From a bacterium (GTDB lineage: Bacteria > UBA8248), in the NCBI GenBank assembly GCA_965219955.1, contig OZ244799.1, forward strand, positions 992,001 through 1,056,000: a stretch of 64,000 bases of DNA, written 5' to 3'. Every line of letters begins with the position of its first letter. Within the stretch, counting starts at the first letter, position 1. Shown here one piece after another: positions 38,485 through 48,929 of the stretch. The translations under genes and the position numbers were made by a program. The notes under the pieces were generated by a model. That model was not told the origin of the DNA. It searched no databases and worked only from the letters and a program-made list of their open reading frames with translations.

Positions 38485-39855
38485 CTAGGCGATTCCTTCT
38501 TCCTTCATGGTCAGGACGCTCGCCTTGAAGGCGGCGAGGGTCTCCTCGATTACGTCGTCCGTATGGCAGGCGCCCACGAGGGCGCGCGCGCCGTTGAAAT
38601 CCACGCCGTGGAGGATCAGCGCCTGCCGGAGGGCGCGGCTTTTCTGCGCGTTCTTGGAATCGAGACGCCGCCAGTCGATCCCGCTCACGCCCTGATCCGC
38701 CCCGTCACGCGGTGGGGCGTCGGCGTCAAAGAAAATCTTCCAGTCGCTGTATTCGCCATACACCCGCCAGGCCACCGCTTCCTGGGCGAGAATCTCGTTC
38801 ATGCCGTATCTGAGCTTTTGCGCCTGCGCGTTCACCTCTTCGGTGGCTCGGCCATCGGCGAGGGAGGAGAGCATGGCGACGCCCGCGGCGGCGGAGATGG
38901 GGTTCGCGTTGAAGGTGCCGTGGTGGGCGATTTTCATCTGGCGGTTCATTTCGGGGTCCGGCTTGGTGGCGAGGTATTCCAGCACGTCCGCCCGGCCCAC
39001 GACGGCTCCACCCGGCAGGCCGCCCGCGAGTATCTTGGCGAGGCTCGTGAGGTCGGGCGTCACGCCATAGTGCGCCTGCGCCCCGCCCGGCGACACGCGA
39101 AAGCCCGTCACCACCTCATCGAAGACGAGGAGCGCGCCCGCCTTTTGCGTTTCCTCCCTGAGCGCGGCCACGAAATCCTTTTTCATCGGAATGGTGCCGA
39201 AGTGTCCGCCTGTCGGCTCCAGGATGAGCGCGGCGACATCGCCCGAGGCCAGCGCGCCTCGGACGGCTTCCAGATCACCCGGCGGACAGACGGTGACGAG
39301 GTCGGTCACGACTTCGAGTTGCCCCGCTTCGGGTTCGTTCGTGTAGGGGGCGCGCACGCCGATTTCGAGCCCCTCGTGCCAGCCGTGGAAGTGGCCCGCG
39401 AACTTTACGACACGCTTTCTGCCCGTAAAGGCGCGCGCGAGCCTGAGCGCCATGTGCGTCGCCTCGGTGCCCGAAGCCGTGAAGCGCACCCGCTCGGCGC
39501 ACGGCACGAGTCGCTGCACCCATTCGCCCCACTCCACCTCCGACTTGTGGCTCGCCCCGTAGTGCGAGCCCTTGAGAACGGCCTCGCTCACGGCCTCGCG
39601 GATATGGGGCGGGTTGTGCCCGTAGAGTAGCGCGCCGTGGCCCATCCAGTAGTCGATGTAGCGGTTGCCGTCCACGTCCCATTTGTAGGCGCCCTCGGCG
39701 CGCTCGACGTAGATGGGAAACGGCTGCATCCTGCGGTTGTCGTGCGTCACCCCGTCGGGGAAGACCTCTTGCGCCCGATCGTATAGCGCGCGCGAGGCGG
39801 GCAGGGATTCGGCGTAGGCGTCCGCGAGTTTCGGGGTGTCCGTGGGCTGCTGCAT
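38485..39855 (-). CDS. Class III aminotransferase (HemL/GSA-aminomutase-like paralog)
   Basis: WDVDGNRYID, SGTEAT, FDEVVTGFR, LAKILAGGLPGG, GTFNANP. Confidence 0.88.
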   Translation of the reverse strand: MQQPTDTPKLADAYAESLPASRALYDRAQEVFPDGVTHDNRRMQPFPIYVERAEGAYKWDVDGNRYIDYWMGHGALLYGHNPPHIREAVSEAVLKGSHYGASHKSEVEWGEWVQRLVPCAERVRFTASGTEATHMALRLARAFTGRKRVVKFAGHFHGWHEGLEIGVRAPYTNEPEAGQLEVVTDLVTVCPPGDLEAVRGALASGDVAALILEPTGGHFGTIPMKKDFVAALREETQKAGALLVFDEVVTGFRVSPGGAQAHYGVTPDLTSLAKILAGGLPGGAVVGRADVLEYLATKPDPEMNRQMKIAHHGTFNANPISAAAGVAMLSSLADGRATEEVNAQAQKLRYGMNEILAQEAVAWRVYGEYSDWKIFFDADAPPRDGADQGVSGIDWRRLDSKNAQKSRALRQALILHGVDFNGARALVGACHTDDVIEETLAAFKASVLTMKEEGIA

Positions 39856-40025
39856 CGAAATCTCCAGGGAAGAGTTGAGTTTGGAATTTGTCCGGAACAA
39901 CGCTACGCCCAAGCACGCCCGAGCGTCAAGGCGGGGACGCCTCTTGTCAATCAGCCCCTAAATTGTCCATGATGCCGTGTTTCCGGTGTTGACGGCTCAA
40001 TTCTACTTCCACATGGGAGGTTCCT

Positions 40026-40964
40026 GTGCCCAGCTACGATCATGCCAAGGTATGGCTCAACGGAGAGGTGGTTCCGCCAGAGGAAGCCAAGATCAGCGTT
40101 TTCAGTCAGGCGGTCTTGAGAGGCTCGAGCGTGTACGAGGGGATTCGCGCCTATTGGAGCGAGGAGCGGAACAATCTGTTCCTCTGGAAGATGGACCCGC
40201 ACATCCGGCGGCTGTTCGATTCGATGCGCGTGATGCGGATGACGCCGCCCTATACGGCGGAGGAATTCAAGGCCGCCGTTATCGAGTGGATACGGGCGAA
40301 CGAGTTCAGGGAAGACCTTCACTTCCGCCTCAACGTGTATTTCGACGATTCGGGGCCTTTGGACATGAAGGGCTACGCGGCGGACGAGGTGGATACCTGC
40401 GTCTTCATCAGCGGGGGGCCGAACAGCAACCGCAAGCGCCAGGAGGGGGGCGTGAACCTGTGCGTGAGCAGTTGGCGGCGCATCTCGGACGATTCCGTGC
40501 CGCCGCGCGTCAAGGCATCGGCGAATTACCAGAATGGCAGGCTCGCGGGCGTCGAGGCCAGGATAAACGGGTATGACGACGCCCTCCTGCTGAACCGGAA
40601 CGGTACGGTGGCCGAAGGCACGGGCACGTGCATCATGATCGTCCGAGAGGGCAAGCTCATCACGCCGCCGGTGACGGCCTCGATTCTCGAGAGCATCACG
40701 CGCGACAGCGTGCTCGAGATGTTCGGCAGGCACATCGGCCCCGAACCCGTGGAGCGTCCGATGGACCGCACGGAGATCTACGTGGCCGATGAGGCGATGA
40801 TATGCGGCTCGGCCGCCGAGGTCGCGCCCGTGCTCTCGCTCGACCGCATCGAGGTGGGAGACGGAAAGCCGGGCGAAATCACGCGCAGGCTGCAGGAGAT
40901 CTTCTACGCCGCCGCCAGGGGCGTGGACGAGACCTACGAGAAGGACATCCTGCCTGTCTATTGA
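40026..40964 (+). CDS. Branched-chain amino acid aminotransferase-like (class IV)
   Basis: YEGIRAY, KASANY, EGTG, ILESITR. Confidence 0.88.
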   Translation: MPSYDHAKVWLNGEVVPPEEAKISVFSQAVLRGSSVYEGIRAYWSEERNNLFLWKMDPHIRRLFDSMRVMRMTPPYTAEEFKAAVIEWIRANEFREDLHFRLNVYFDDSGPLDMKGYAADEVDTCVFISGGPNSNRKRQEGGVNLCVSSWRRISDDSVPPRVKASANYQNGRLAGVEARINGYDDALLLNRNGTVAEGTGTCIMIVREGKLITPPVTASILESITRDSVLEMFGRHIGPEPVERPMDRTEIYVADEAMICGSAAEVAPVLSLDRIEVGDGKPGEITRRLQEIFYAAARGVDETYEKDILPVY

Positions 40965-40992
40965 TGAGGTTGTGAGGAGCCACCGGGAAAAA

Positions 40993-41404
40993 GGGTTGTT
41001 GAAAAACCCCGATTAACGAGGGTTTGACGCGCCCGATGAAAGGGCAAAAAACACGCCCCCCTGAGGTTGTTGAATAACCCCTCCTCGCTCGGAGTTGACC
41101 ACCGCCGCGTAGAGAAAGGTCGCGACGTGTTCTTAAGGCGCCTCCTCCCCGGTCGGCCCCAAACCTTCATCCTGAGTAGGCGCGCAAGCGCCGTATCGAA
41201 GGATGGGGGTCACGTCTCTCCGGCGGGGGCGAACTTCACCCTTCGACAGACTCAGGACAGGCCCCTTCGATACGCGGCTTCGCCGCTACTCAGGGTGAGG
41301 GGTGTCGGGGAACGGCGGAGCCTGTCCCGAGCGAAGTTGAGGGGCCGCTACTTAGGGTGAGGCGGATCGGCGCGTAGCGCAGGGCGGCTTTTTCAATAAT
41401 CCCC
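40993..41404. mobile_element. TIR-bounded cassette 3 (two left ends, one right end)
   Basis: GGGTTGTTGAAAAACCCC (40993), AGGTTGTTGAATAACCCC (41064), GGCTTTTTCAATAATCCCC (41386-41404); cargo CATCCTGAGTAGGCG..GTATCGAAGG and CCCTTCGACAGACTCAGGACAGG units. Confidence 0.75.
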
Positions 41405-41440
41405 CCAAAGGACGGCTTTCAGACGCGGAACCGGCAAGTC

Positions 41441-42589
41441 TCAACCCAAATGGCGGAACACCTCACCCACGATCTTCATGCCTTTTTCGATGACCTCCTC
41501 ATCCACCGAGTAGGTGAAGCGCAGGTGGTTCTCGCCCGATGCGCCGAATTCCGAACCGCTGCGAATCGCCGCCCCGGCCTCCCAGACGCGCTTTCGAACC
41601 TCGCTCGAAGGAATGGGGTATTCATACCGGCAGTATTGGTAGAAACCGCCTTGCGGTTCGATGGGGATAAGTCCCGGGATGTCGCGTGTCATCTCGTTCA
41701 TGAGGCGGCCACGCTTGTGGTATTCGCGTCTGAACTCCTCCACGCACTCCTGCGAGCTTCTGAGCGCCACTGCGCCCGCGCGCTGGACGAAGGTGTTGAT
41801 CGGCCCGTTGATGGAGCGGTGAACGCTGAACATCGGCTGGGGCAGGTCCTCGGGCACGACCATGAAGCCCAGCCGCCAGCCGGTCATCGAATAGGTCTTG
41901 GAGAAAGTGTCGAGCAGAATGAGGTGATCCCGGTGCTCGGTGAACGAGAGCAGGGGGACGTGCTCGAAGCCGGGTTGCAGGATTTTCGCATAGGCCTCAT
42001 CCGATACGAGCATGATGTCGTGTTCCGTAGCGAGCTCGGCCAGAGCCGCCAGATCCTCGCGGCGGTAGACCACGCCGGTGGGGTTGTTCGGGTTGTTGAC
42101 GAGGATGAGGCGCGTTCGAGGCGTGACGGCGCTGCGCATGGCCTCTACGTCGATTTGATAATCCGCGTCGTGCGGCACGGAGACGGGTACGGCCCCGAGT
42201 TGCAGCGCGACGTGGGCGTAGAGCGAAAACGTGGGGTCCATGAGGATGGCCTCATCGCCCGGGTCCAGGAACGTCGTCATGACGGCGTAGATGCCCGAAC
42301 TCGCCCCGTTCGTCGCGATGATGGAACCCGGCGTGTAGTTCGCTTTCGCTTCGCGCTCGACGTGCTCGCACACGGCTTCGAGGAATTCGGGGTCCCCCTG
42401 CCCGGGGGCGTAGCCCGTCAAGCCCTGGTCGAGTGCTTCTTTGGCGGCGTTCGTGATGTGCTCGGGCGTGGGGAAGTTGGGCGTTCCCGAATCAAGCGGC
42501 ACCAGTCCCGCCGGTTTCTTGGCCGTCATGTGATTGGCGCGCTCTCCGCCTGCAGTCGCGGCGACGGTTTTTGCGAGGCGTCTTTTCAT
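41441..42589 (-). CDS. Class I/II PLP aminotransferase (start may be 42529)
   Basis: NNPNNPTG, SDEAY, FSKTYSMTGWRLG. Confidence 0.92.
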   Translation of the reverse strand: MKRRLAKTVAATAGGERANHMTAKKPAGLVPLDSGTPNFPTPEHITNAAKEALDQGLTGYAPGQGDPEFLEAVCEHVEREAKANYTPGSIIATNGASSGIYAVMTTFLDPGDEAILMDPTFSLYAHVALQLGAVPVSVPHDADYQIDVEAMRSAVTPRTRLILVNNPNNPTGVVYRREDLAALAELATEHDIMLVSDEAYAKILQPGFEHVPLLSFTEHRDHLILLDTFSKTYSMTGWRLGFMVVPEDLPQPMFSVHRSINGPINTFVQRAGAVALRSSQECVEEFRREYHKRGRLMNEMTRDIPGLIPIEPQGGFYQYCRYEYPIPSSEVRKRVWEAGAAIRSGSEFGASGENHLRFTYSVDEEVIEKGMKIVGEVFRHLG

Positions 42590-42657
42590 GCTTTATGGAT
42601 TCTCCAAATGTAAAAGTTTTACGCGAATGGGCCGAATGCTGTGCAAGCGCATCGTTC

Positions 42658-43653
42658 CTAGTCTCTCGTTATCACCACTTTCCCGAATTGCCGGCCCTCC
42701 GCCACGCGCTCGATGGCCTCTCTAAAGCGCGACAGCGGATAGGCGGAGTCGATGTGGGCCTTTATCTTCCCCCCGGCGGCGAGGGTCATCGCCGCATGGA
42801 ATTCTTCGGGCGTCGCCATGGTGGAGGTGTGGATGTCGACCTGCTTGAAATACAGATCGCGCAGGTTCACCTCGGGGATCACGTGGTGCGCCGCCCCGCC
42901 CACGATGGTGATGCGGCCGTTGAGCGCGACGCATTTCGCACTCAGCGCGAAGGTGGGGGCACCCACGTTGTCGACCACCACGTCGGCCCCCCGGCCATCG
43001 GTGGCGTCCATCACGGCACCGGCGACTTCCTGTGTCTTGTAGTTGATGCAGACGTCAGCGCCGAAGCTTTTGGCGGTTTCCAGCTTCTCCTCGCTCGATG
43101 AGGTGACGATGGCGAAAGCGCCCGCCTGCGCCGCGAGTTGTAAGCAATAGAGCATGACGCCCCCGCCCACTCCGTGGATGAGAACGCTCTCGCCCGCTGC
43201 AAGCCGTGCGCGGCTGATGAGCTGTCGGTAGGCTGTGGTGAGAGCGAGGGGAAGCGCCGCCGCCTCTTCGAACGTCAAGTTCTCGGGCTTCGGGAAGAAA
43301 TTTTTCTCCGGCAGGACGATGAATTCCGCGTGCGTGCCGGCGCTTTGCGCGCCCACGAGGCCGTAGTCCGGCTCGGTGGGGTCGCCCAGGTTGGGGTCTA
43401 CGACCACTTCAGCTCCCGGCTTCAAGCCCGCGCCCGGCCCCGCCTTGTCGACAACGCCCGCGCCGTCCGCGCCCATGGTGTGGGGCTTTTCGTGCCGTAC
43501 CATGGCGGGGGTGCACTGGTAGACGTCGATGTGGTTGATGCCCGAAGTCAGGAGTTTCACGCGCACTTCGCCTTCTCCCGGCTCGGGCGTGGGAACCTCG
43601 CCGTAGACCAATCCTTCGATTCCTGCGTCTCCCTGCACTGTGATCGCTTTCAT
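42658..43653 (-). CDS. MDR-family (quinone oxidoreductase-like) dehydrogenase
   Basis: GADGAGVV, IHGVGGGV, GADVVVDNVG, FGKVVI. Confidence 0.9.
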   Translation of the reverse strand: MKAITVQGDAGIEGLVYGEVPTPEPGEGEVRVKLLTSGINHIDVYQCTPAMVRHEKPHTMGADGAGVVDKAGPGAGLKPGAEVVVDPNLGDPTEPDYGLVGAQSAGTHAEFIVLPEKNFFPKPENLTFEEAAALPLALTTAYRQLISRARLAAGESVLIHGVGGGVMLYCLQLAAQAGAFAIVTSSSEEKLETAKSFGADVCINYKTQEVAGAVMDATDGRGADVVVDNVGAPTFALSAKCVALNGRITIVGGAAHHVIPEVNLRDLYFKQVDIHTSTMATPEEFHAAMTLAAGGKIKAHIDSAYPLSRFREAIERVAEGRQFGKVVITRD

Positions 43654-43702
43654 CGTTCATCCTTCATGAGAATGAATCCATATAACATCAATGAAGCTGC
43701 TG

Positions 43703-44032
43703 TTACTTGGGTGGAAGCGAGCCGGCGAACTTCGCCGCTCTGCGCACCCACGCTTTCAGATCGTCTTCGGTCGAAATCCCGGTCGGTTCGACCAGCGCCC
43801 AGCCCTTCATCACCCGGCCCGCCATGTCGGCAGGTTTCGTGTGGGGTTCGGCAAGCGTCGCCTCGTGGTTCTCTCTGGCGAGACGCACGATGAGCGCGCC
43901 TTTCCACGTGCCGACGCACATGTTGCCGTTGATCATGAAGCACACGCCGCCGAACATCCGTTTTTCGGAAAACCCCTTGCGCCGCCTGAGAATCGGGCGT
44001 ATGCGCTCGATCAATATCTCGTCTTCTGTCAC
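43703..44032 (-). CDS. TfoX/Sxy N-terminal domain protein
   Basis: EKRMFGGVCFMINGNMC, MKGW, FAGSLPPK; GTG start at 44032. Confidence 0.85.
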   Translation of the reverse strand: MTEDEILIERIRPILRRRKGFSEKRMFGGVCFMINGNMCVGTWKGALIVRLARENHEATLAEPHTKPADMAGRVMKGWALVEPTGISTEDDLKAWVRRAAKFAGSLPPK

Positions 44033-44106
44033 TTTCGTTCCTTTTTCATCTTTACAGCGGGATGAGTGAAGATGCCACACCGAAACGGCGAACGCCACCG
44101 CGAGGA

Positions 44107-44289
44107 GGAATGCTGATAAAGCCCACTATGCGTCCGGTCGGCGGCGTGATGACCTGTAGGGACAGGCCTCCGTGCCTGTCCTGATGGCAACCATTCCGTA
44201 AAGGACAACCACGGAGGGCAGGACAACCCCAAAGGGATGTTCCTACTACAACCGCCATTCCTCCTTCATCGGACTTTTTCAACAACCCC
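44107..44289. mobile_element. TIR-bounded cassette 4 with GTAG-type REP cargo
   Basis: Degenerate left end GGAATGCTGATAAAGCCC, right end GGACTTTTTCAACAACCCC; internal GTAGGGACAGGCCTCCGTGCCTGTCC and a terminal ..CCTAC. Confidence 0.65.
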
Positions 44290-44317
44290 CGAGGGGTAGG
44301 AGTTGCTCTCACCGATC

Positions 44318-45103
44318 TCATTCATCCCGGGGCGCCCAGGAGGTGGGACGGTTCTCGTGCGCGGCGGCCATGCCTTCCTGGGGTTCGCCGGTTCGGAAAG
44401 AAGCCTCGAATGCGTCGATGGAGGGCGGAACCGCGGCTTCGAGATAGGCCTGCATCCAACGCCTAAGAAGCGCTTTCTGGGCGCTGAGCGCGCCGGGGGC
44501 GGCCTGGAGAAGCTCCGCGACGGCGTCCTGCGTCGTTTCTTCCAGGTTGGATGGCGAGCATATCCTCTGAACGATTCCCAGGCGATGCGCTTCCTGGGCG
44601 TCGAACGTCCTGCCCGTCAAGAGCAAGTCCTGTGCTGCGCCCAGGCCGCAGAATGGTACGAACAACGCGGCCTCGATGACGGAGGGCACGCCGACCCGCA
44701 CCTCGGGCATGCCGAACCTCGTATCGTCCGCCGCGACCCGGAGGTCGCAGCCGAGCATCAACTCCAGAGCGCCGCCCAGAACGTAGCCCTGGCACTTGCA
44801 GACCACGGGATGCGGAAACTCGCGCACGCTGCGGATGAGGGAGTGCAGGTTCGAGATGAAGTCGCGCGCGTTGTCTTCTGTGAGCGCGCCCATCTCGACA
44901 ACGTCGGCCCCGGCGGAGAAGACGCCCCCTGCGCTCTCGATGATCAAGACGCGCAAATCATCCGCCCCCGCAAGATCGGCAATCGCCGATTTCGCCTCGC
45001 GGGTCATCCCCGTGTTCATGGCGTTTCTCTTCTCGGGGCGGTTAAGCGTGAGTGTGGCGAGCGGGCCGTCGCGCTCGACGAGCACCAATGGTTTTGTCGA
45101 CAT
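44318..45103 (-). CDS. Enoyl-CoA hydratase/isomerase family protein
   Basis: LNRPEKRNA, FSAGAD, LGGALEL, FGMPEVRVG. Confidence 0.92.
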   Translation of the reverse strand: MSTKPLVLVERDGPLATLTLNRPEKRNAMNTGMTREAKSAIADLAGADDLRVLIIESAGGVFSAGADVVEMGALTEDNARDFISNLHSLIRSVREFPHPVVCKCQGYVLGGALELMLGCDLRVAADDTRFGMPEVRVGVPSVIEAALFVPFCGLGAAQDLLLTGRTFDAQEAHRLGIVQRICSPSNLEETTQDAVAELLQAAPGALSAQKALLRRWMQAYLEAAVPPSIDAFEASFRTGEPQEGMAAAHENRPTSWAPRDE

Positions 45104-45242
45104 GGAACGTCCTCCCTGGAAACGAAGCCGACAGCCTATGCGAGCTTGGAAGAGAGCGCAAAGGCGAACCCCTGTTTTCGCGTGTTATGATGGTGTTTTC
45201 GTCGAGAGAACTATCTGGCGCTGATACCTGGAGAAAATACGG

Positions 45243-46181
45243 ATGCCGATAGAGTTCAAGGACGTTTGGGATTTTCATACCGATTTGCGCTGGATGGTCG
45301 ATTTGCCCGAGGAGCGCGCCTATCTGGCGGAGCAGATAGACATCGAGACGGCAGCGAAGCTGGGCGGGGTGTTCTCGGCTCTGGAGCGTCTGGAAGGCGC
45401 GCCGCAGGACGCGCAATTCGATCTGGTGAGGCGAGACCTGGAGCGGATTCGCTCGGCGGAGGGCCTGAGCATCGTTCTCACGCGAGCGGATTTAGACGGC
45501 GTGGGCAGGCAGCTGATCCACGCGGAGGGCGTCTATTTCATCGAAACCGAAGACGACCTGAAGATCCTCGAGTGGCTCTGGGAGGAGGGCGTGCGCAGCG
45601 TCGGTCCCATGTACAACGACGACAACCCTCTTGGCGGCGGAGCGATGGGAGACTCCGCGCGCGGCCTGACCCCCCTGGGCCGCGCTTTCTTGATGCAGGC
45701 TTGGCGGACGGGTTTCCTGGTGGATTGCGCGCACGCGAACCATCGCACGAAATCGGACATGATCGACCTCGCCCTCGTCACCGGGCAGGAGATGCACTAC
45801 TCCCACGGGCATCTGGACGATCCGCTGCTGCCCGTCTTCGGCGAGAGGGGGCTTCCGCGCGATATGGCCAGGAGGCTTCTCGAGACGGGCGCGCTCATCG
45901 GCCTTGCGCCGCACCCGGGGTTCTACGAGACGTTCGAGCGCCATATGGAGGAAATCGAGTTCCTGGCCGAAATCGCCGCTCATCAGGTGGCCCTCGGCAG
46001 CGACTTCGCGGGCATCAACCGCCCGGCGCCCGACGGCAGGCGCCTGTTCGATGAATTCAAGGGCATCTGGGGGATAGGGGACTTCGCCGAGCGCTTGAGT
46101 GCAGCGCACGGGGAGGATTTCGCCCGTTCCTATTGCGGCGGCGCGCTCAAGGCGTGTCTCGAACGCTCTTTACCAGCTTGA
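45243..46181 (+). CDS. Membrane dipeptidase (M19)-like amidohydrolase
   Basis: DFHTD, GLTPLGR, VDCAH, YSHG, LGSDFAG. Confidence 0.78.
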   Translation: MPIEFKDVWDFHTDLRWMVDLPEERAYLAEQIDIETAAKLGGVFSALERLEGAPQDAQFDLVRRDLERIRSAEGLSIVLTRADLDGVGRQLIHAEGVYFIETEDDLKILEWLWEEGVRSVGPMYNDDNPLGGGAMGDSARGLTPLGRAFLMQAWRTGFLVDCAHANHRTKSDMIDLALVTGQEMHYSHGHLDDPLLPVFGERGLPRDMARRLLETGALIGLAPHPGFYETFERHMEEIEFLAEIAAHQVALGSDFAGINRPAPDGRRLFDEFKGIWGIGDFAERLSAAHGEDFARSYCGGALKACLERSLPA

Positions 46182-46230
46182 TCCGACTGCAAAAACACGA
46201 TTTTTTGGACGGGTTTTAGAAACCCGGGTA

Positions 46231-48837
46231 TTACGCTGACGCCGCGGGGCTTGGCGAGGCTCCGCCTTCATCCTTCGCGCTCATGAACTGGATGGCGATC
46301 ATGACGGCCATGATGACCGTGCCCGTTATCTTCATCCACGGGACGTAGAAGAACAGCAGACCGCCCGCCACGGCGAAGACGACGCGCTCCCAGATTTCGA
46401 GCTTCCTGCGCATGTAGCCCTCGAGTGACGCCGAAGTGCAGAAAAAGCCCATGAACCCGCTCACCCATACGACGAGGATGTCGAACCACTCGGAACCCGG
46501 CGGCATGTTGATGGGGGTGTAGGCCATCATGAAGGGGACGATGTAGAGCGCCTTGCCGAGTTTGAGCGAGGCGAAGCCGGTGCGCATCGGGTCGGCCCCC
46601 GCCACGCCCGCCGCGATGAACGCGCCCAGTGCGAAGGGCGGCGTGAGCGAGGCGTCCTGGCTCAGCCAGAGGATCATCAGGTGCGCGCTCAGGAGCGGCA
46701 CGCCGAGCTCCACCAGCGCCGGCACGGCGAGAATGGAGAGCAGCACGTAGCTCGCCGTGATCGTCATGCCCATCCCCATGATGTAGCTGGCGACGGTGCA
46801 GAGCAGAATCGCCACCGGGAGCGCCGTTCCCGTGATGCCGAAGGCGTTGTCGATGAAAGAGGCGTAGCCCAGGATGATGGAGGAGAACTTGATGCCGAGA
46901 CCGGGCATGGAGACGCCTGCGAGCACGATGCCCATGACGCCCGCCGTCACGCCGATGATGAGCGAGTTGACGGCGCCGCGCTCCAGCCCGTCCAGAACGC
47001 GCGGGGAGGAGAGCACAACCGCAGCGAGGGCCGACCAGAAGATCGTCTCGGGGAGCGTATGCCCCGCCATCGGGAGAACGATAAGCAGGCCGAATCCTGC
47101 GAGCAGGGGCCAGTTCTCCATGAGCGGATTTCCGGGAGGCGCCGCCTTCGCCGCTTCGAGGTAGGCTTCCGCCTCGGCGTCCGCATCTTCCAGGCTGGTG
47201 CCCGATTGCATCAGTTTCTGGTGGTGCGCCGCCGCTTCGTACTCGAGCCTGTCGTTTCTCGTGCTCCATCCGGGCCTGCCCACCAGGCGCGCGAGGGCGG
47301 GCGGCAGGGCCAGCAGGCGGGTGTCCTCCCTGAAAAATCCAAGCACCATCGCCAGGATGATGGACCAGAGCGCCGCGTCGAAGGGCGAGCGTCCGATGAT
47401 GAGCCGGAAGATGAGCAGGGCCACAGGCAGGAGCAGATAGCCCTCTTTTTTCAAGAGGGGCAGCAGTTCGGGCAACTCTTCCTTCGAGAGGCCGTGGATG
47501 CCGTCCAGCCCCGAGCGGAAGTGCACCGACATGTAGACCGAGAAGTAGTACATCAGCGCGGGGACGAGCGAGATGAGCGCTATCCAGCCGTAGTCCGTCT
47601 CGGTGAACGCCGCCACGAGAAAGGCCGCAGAACCCATGATGGGCGGCAGCAGGTGTCCCCCGATGGAGGAGACCGCCTCGACGGCGCCTGCGTAGTGGGG
47701 CTTGTAGCCCGCGCGCTTCATGAGCGGAATCGTGAAGGTGCCCGTGATGACGATGTTCGCCGCCCCGCTTCCCACCACCGAGCCCACCATGCCGCTCGAT
47801 ACGACCGACGCTTTGGCCGCTCCGCCTCGCAGGCGGCCCACCAGGGCGTAGGAGAGGTCGATGAACACGTCGCCGACCTTCGTCTTCTCCAGAAAGACGC
47901 CGAAGAGGATGAACAGGAACACGTAGCTCGCATAGACGTTCGCGATGACGCCGAAGATGCCCGAGGTCCCGTAGATGAAGCTCACGACCTCGTTGTAGGA
48001 AAATCCCTTGTGCAGGAGCCTGCCCGGGAAGTAGTTGCCGTACATGGCGTAGTAAAAGAAAAAAAGGCCCAGAAGCGGAAGCACCCAGCCCAGCACCCGG
48101 CGGCACATCTCTATCGAAACGATGATGGCGATGGTCCCCATCACGACGTCCGGCCAGAGGACGAGGCCCGCCCTGTCGCCCCGGTCGGCGAAGTTCATGA
48201 TGTATTCCACCGTAAACACGACCACGCCCGCGCACAGCAGGAGGTCCACGGTGGAGGGGCGTCTCGTCGGAGCGCCCACGCGCGCGGGATAGAAGATGAA
48301 CGTCAGTATGGCGGTGAAGGTGACGTACAGGGGCAGATAGAAGTGATACGCATAGATGGAGAGCCCCGGGAAGTAGAGCGTCTCCCAGATCGCCGAGAGG
48401 GATTTCTCCATCTCCGCCGTGAGGAGCGGGGAGAGGACGTAGACGATGACCTCGCCGAAGCCGAGGCCTAAATCCACGGGCGCTCCGTTCGCCGCGCCGT
48501 AGAGGAAATACGAAGCGAACACGAACGAGGAGAGCAGCACCGCCTGTTTCGGGAAAATGCACAGGCCCGAGACGTAGAGCCAGATCAGCGCGTAGAGCCA
48601 GAGTTCGAGCACCGGGAATTCGACTTCCTCCCACTCCCAGGAGATCTCGTAGGGGAGGTAGAGGTTGTACTTTCTTCCGGCGAGGAAAACGACGTAGAAG
48701 AGCAGGAGGGTGGTGAGAAACGCGAAGACGGGCAGGTTGTTCTTCTGAAAGCCGGGTTCGATGTCCCGGCGGACTGCCGATTCCGGGGCGAAGATGAACT
48801 TCAGCCACACCCAGAGAGACTCGAAAACCTTCCCCAT
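46231..48837 (-). CDS. TRAP transporter fused permease (4TM/12TM, TAXI type)
   Basis: GGAAKASVVSS, GSGAANIVITGTFTIPLMK, PPIMGSAAF, LTPP. Confidence 0.92.
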   Translation of the reverse strand: MGKVFESLWVWLKFIFAPESAVRRDIEPGFQKNNLPVFAFLTTLLLFYVVFLAGRKYNLYLPYEISWEWEEVEFPVLELWLYALIWLYVSGLCIFPKQAVLLSSFVFASYFLYGAANGAPVDLGLGFGEVIVYVLSPLLTAEMEKSLSAIWETLYFPGLSIYAYHFYLPLYVTFTAILTFIFYPARVGAPTRRPSTVDLLLCAGVVVFTVEYIMNFADRGDRAGLVLWPDVVMGTIAIIVSIEMCRRVLGWVLPLLGLFFFYYAMYGNYFPGRLLHKGFSYNEVVSFIYGTSGIFGVIANVYASYVFLFILFGVFLEKTKVGDVFIDLSYALVGRLRGGAAKASVVSSGMVGSVVGSGAANIVITGTFTIPLMKRAGYKPHYAGAVEAVSSIGGHLLPPIMGSAAFLVAAFTETDYGWIALISLVPALMYYFSVYMSVHFRSGLDGIHGLSKEELPELLPLLKKEGYLLLPVALLIFRLIIGRSPFDAALWSIILAMVLGFFREDTRLLALPPALARLVGRPGWSTRNDRLEYEAAAHHQKLMQSGTSLEDADAEAEAYLEAAKAAPPGNPLMENWPLLAGFGLLIVLPMAGHTLPETIFWSALAAVVLSSPRVLDGLERGAVNSLIIGVTAGVMGIVLAGVSMPGLGIKFSSIILGYASFIDNAFGITGTALPVAILLCTVASYIMGMGMTITASYVLLSILAVPALVELGVPLLSAHLMILWLSQDASLTPPFALGAFIAAGVAGADPMRTGFASLKLGKALYIVPFMMAYTPINMPPGSEWFDILVVWVSGFMGFFCTSASLEGYMRRKLEIWERVVFAVAGGLLFFYVPWMKITGTVIMAVMIAIQFMSAKDEGGASPSPAASA

Positions 48838-48929
48838 CGCCGCCCTTTCTCAACCGAGGCCGGACGCGGCCCCGCCTTCATCGACCCCCCGACGGACGCG
48901 CGCCGTCCGCCGGGGGAGCCGGGAAACCC

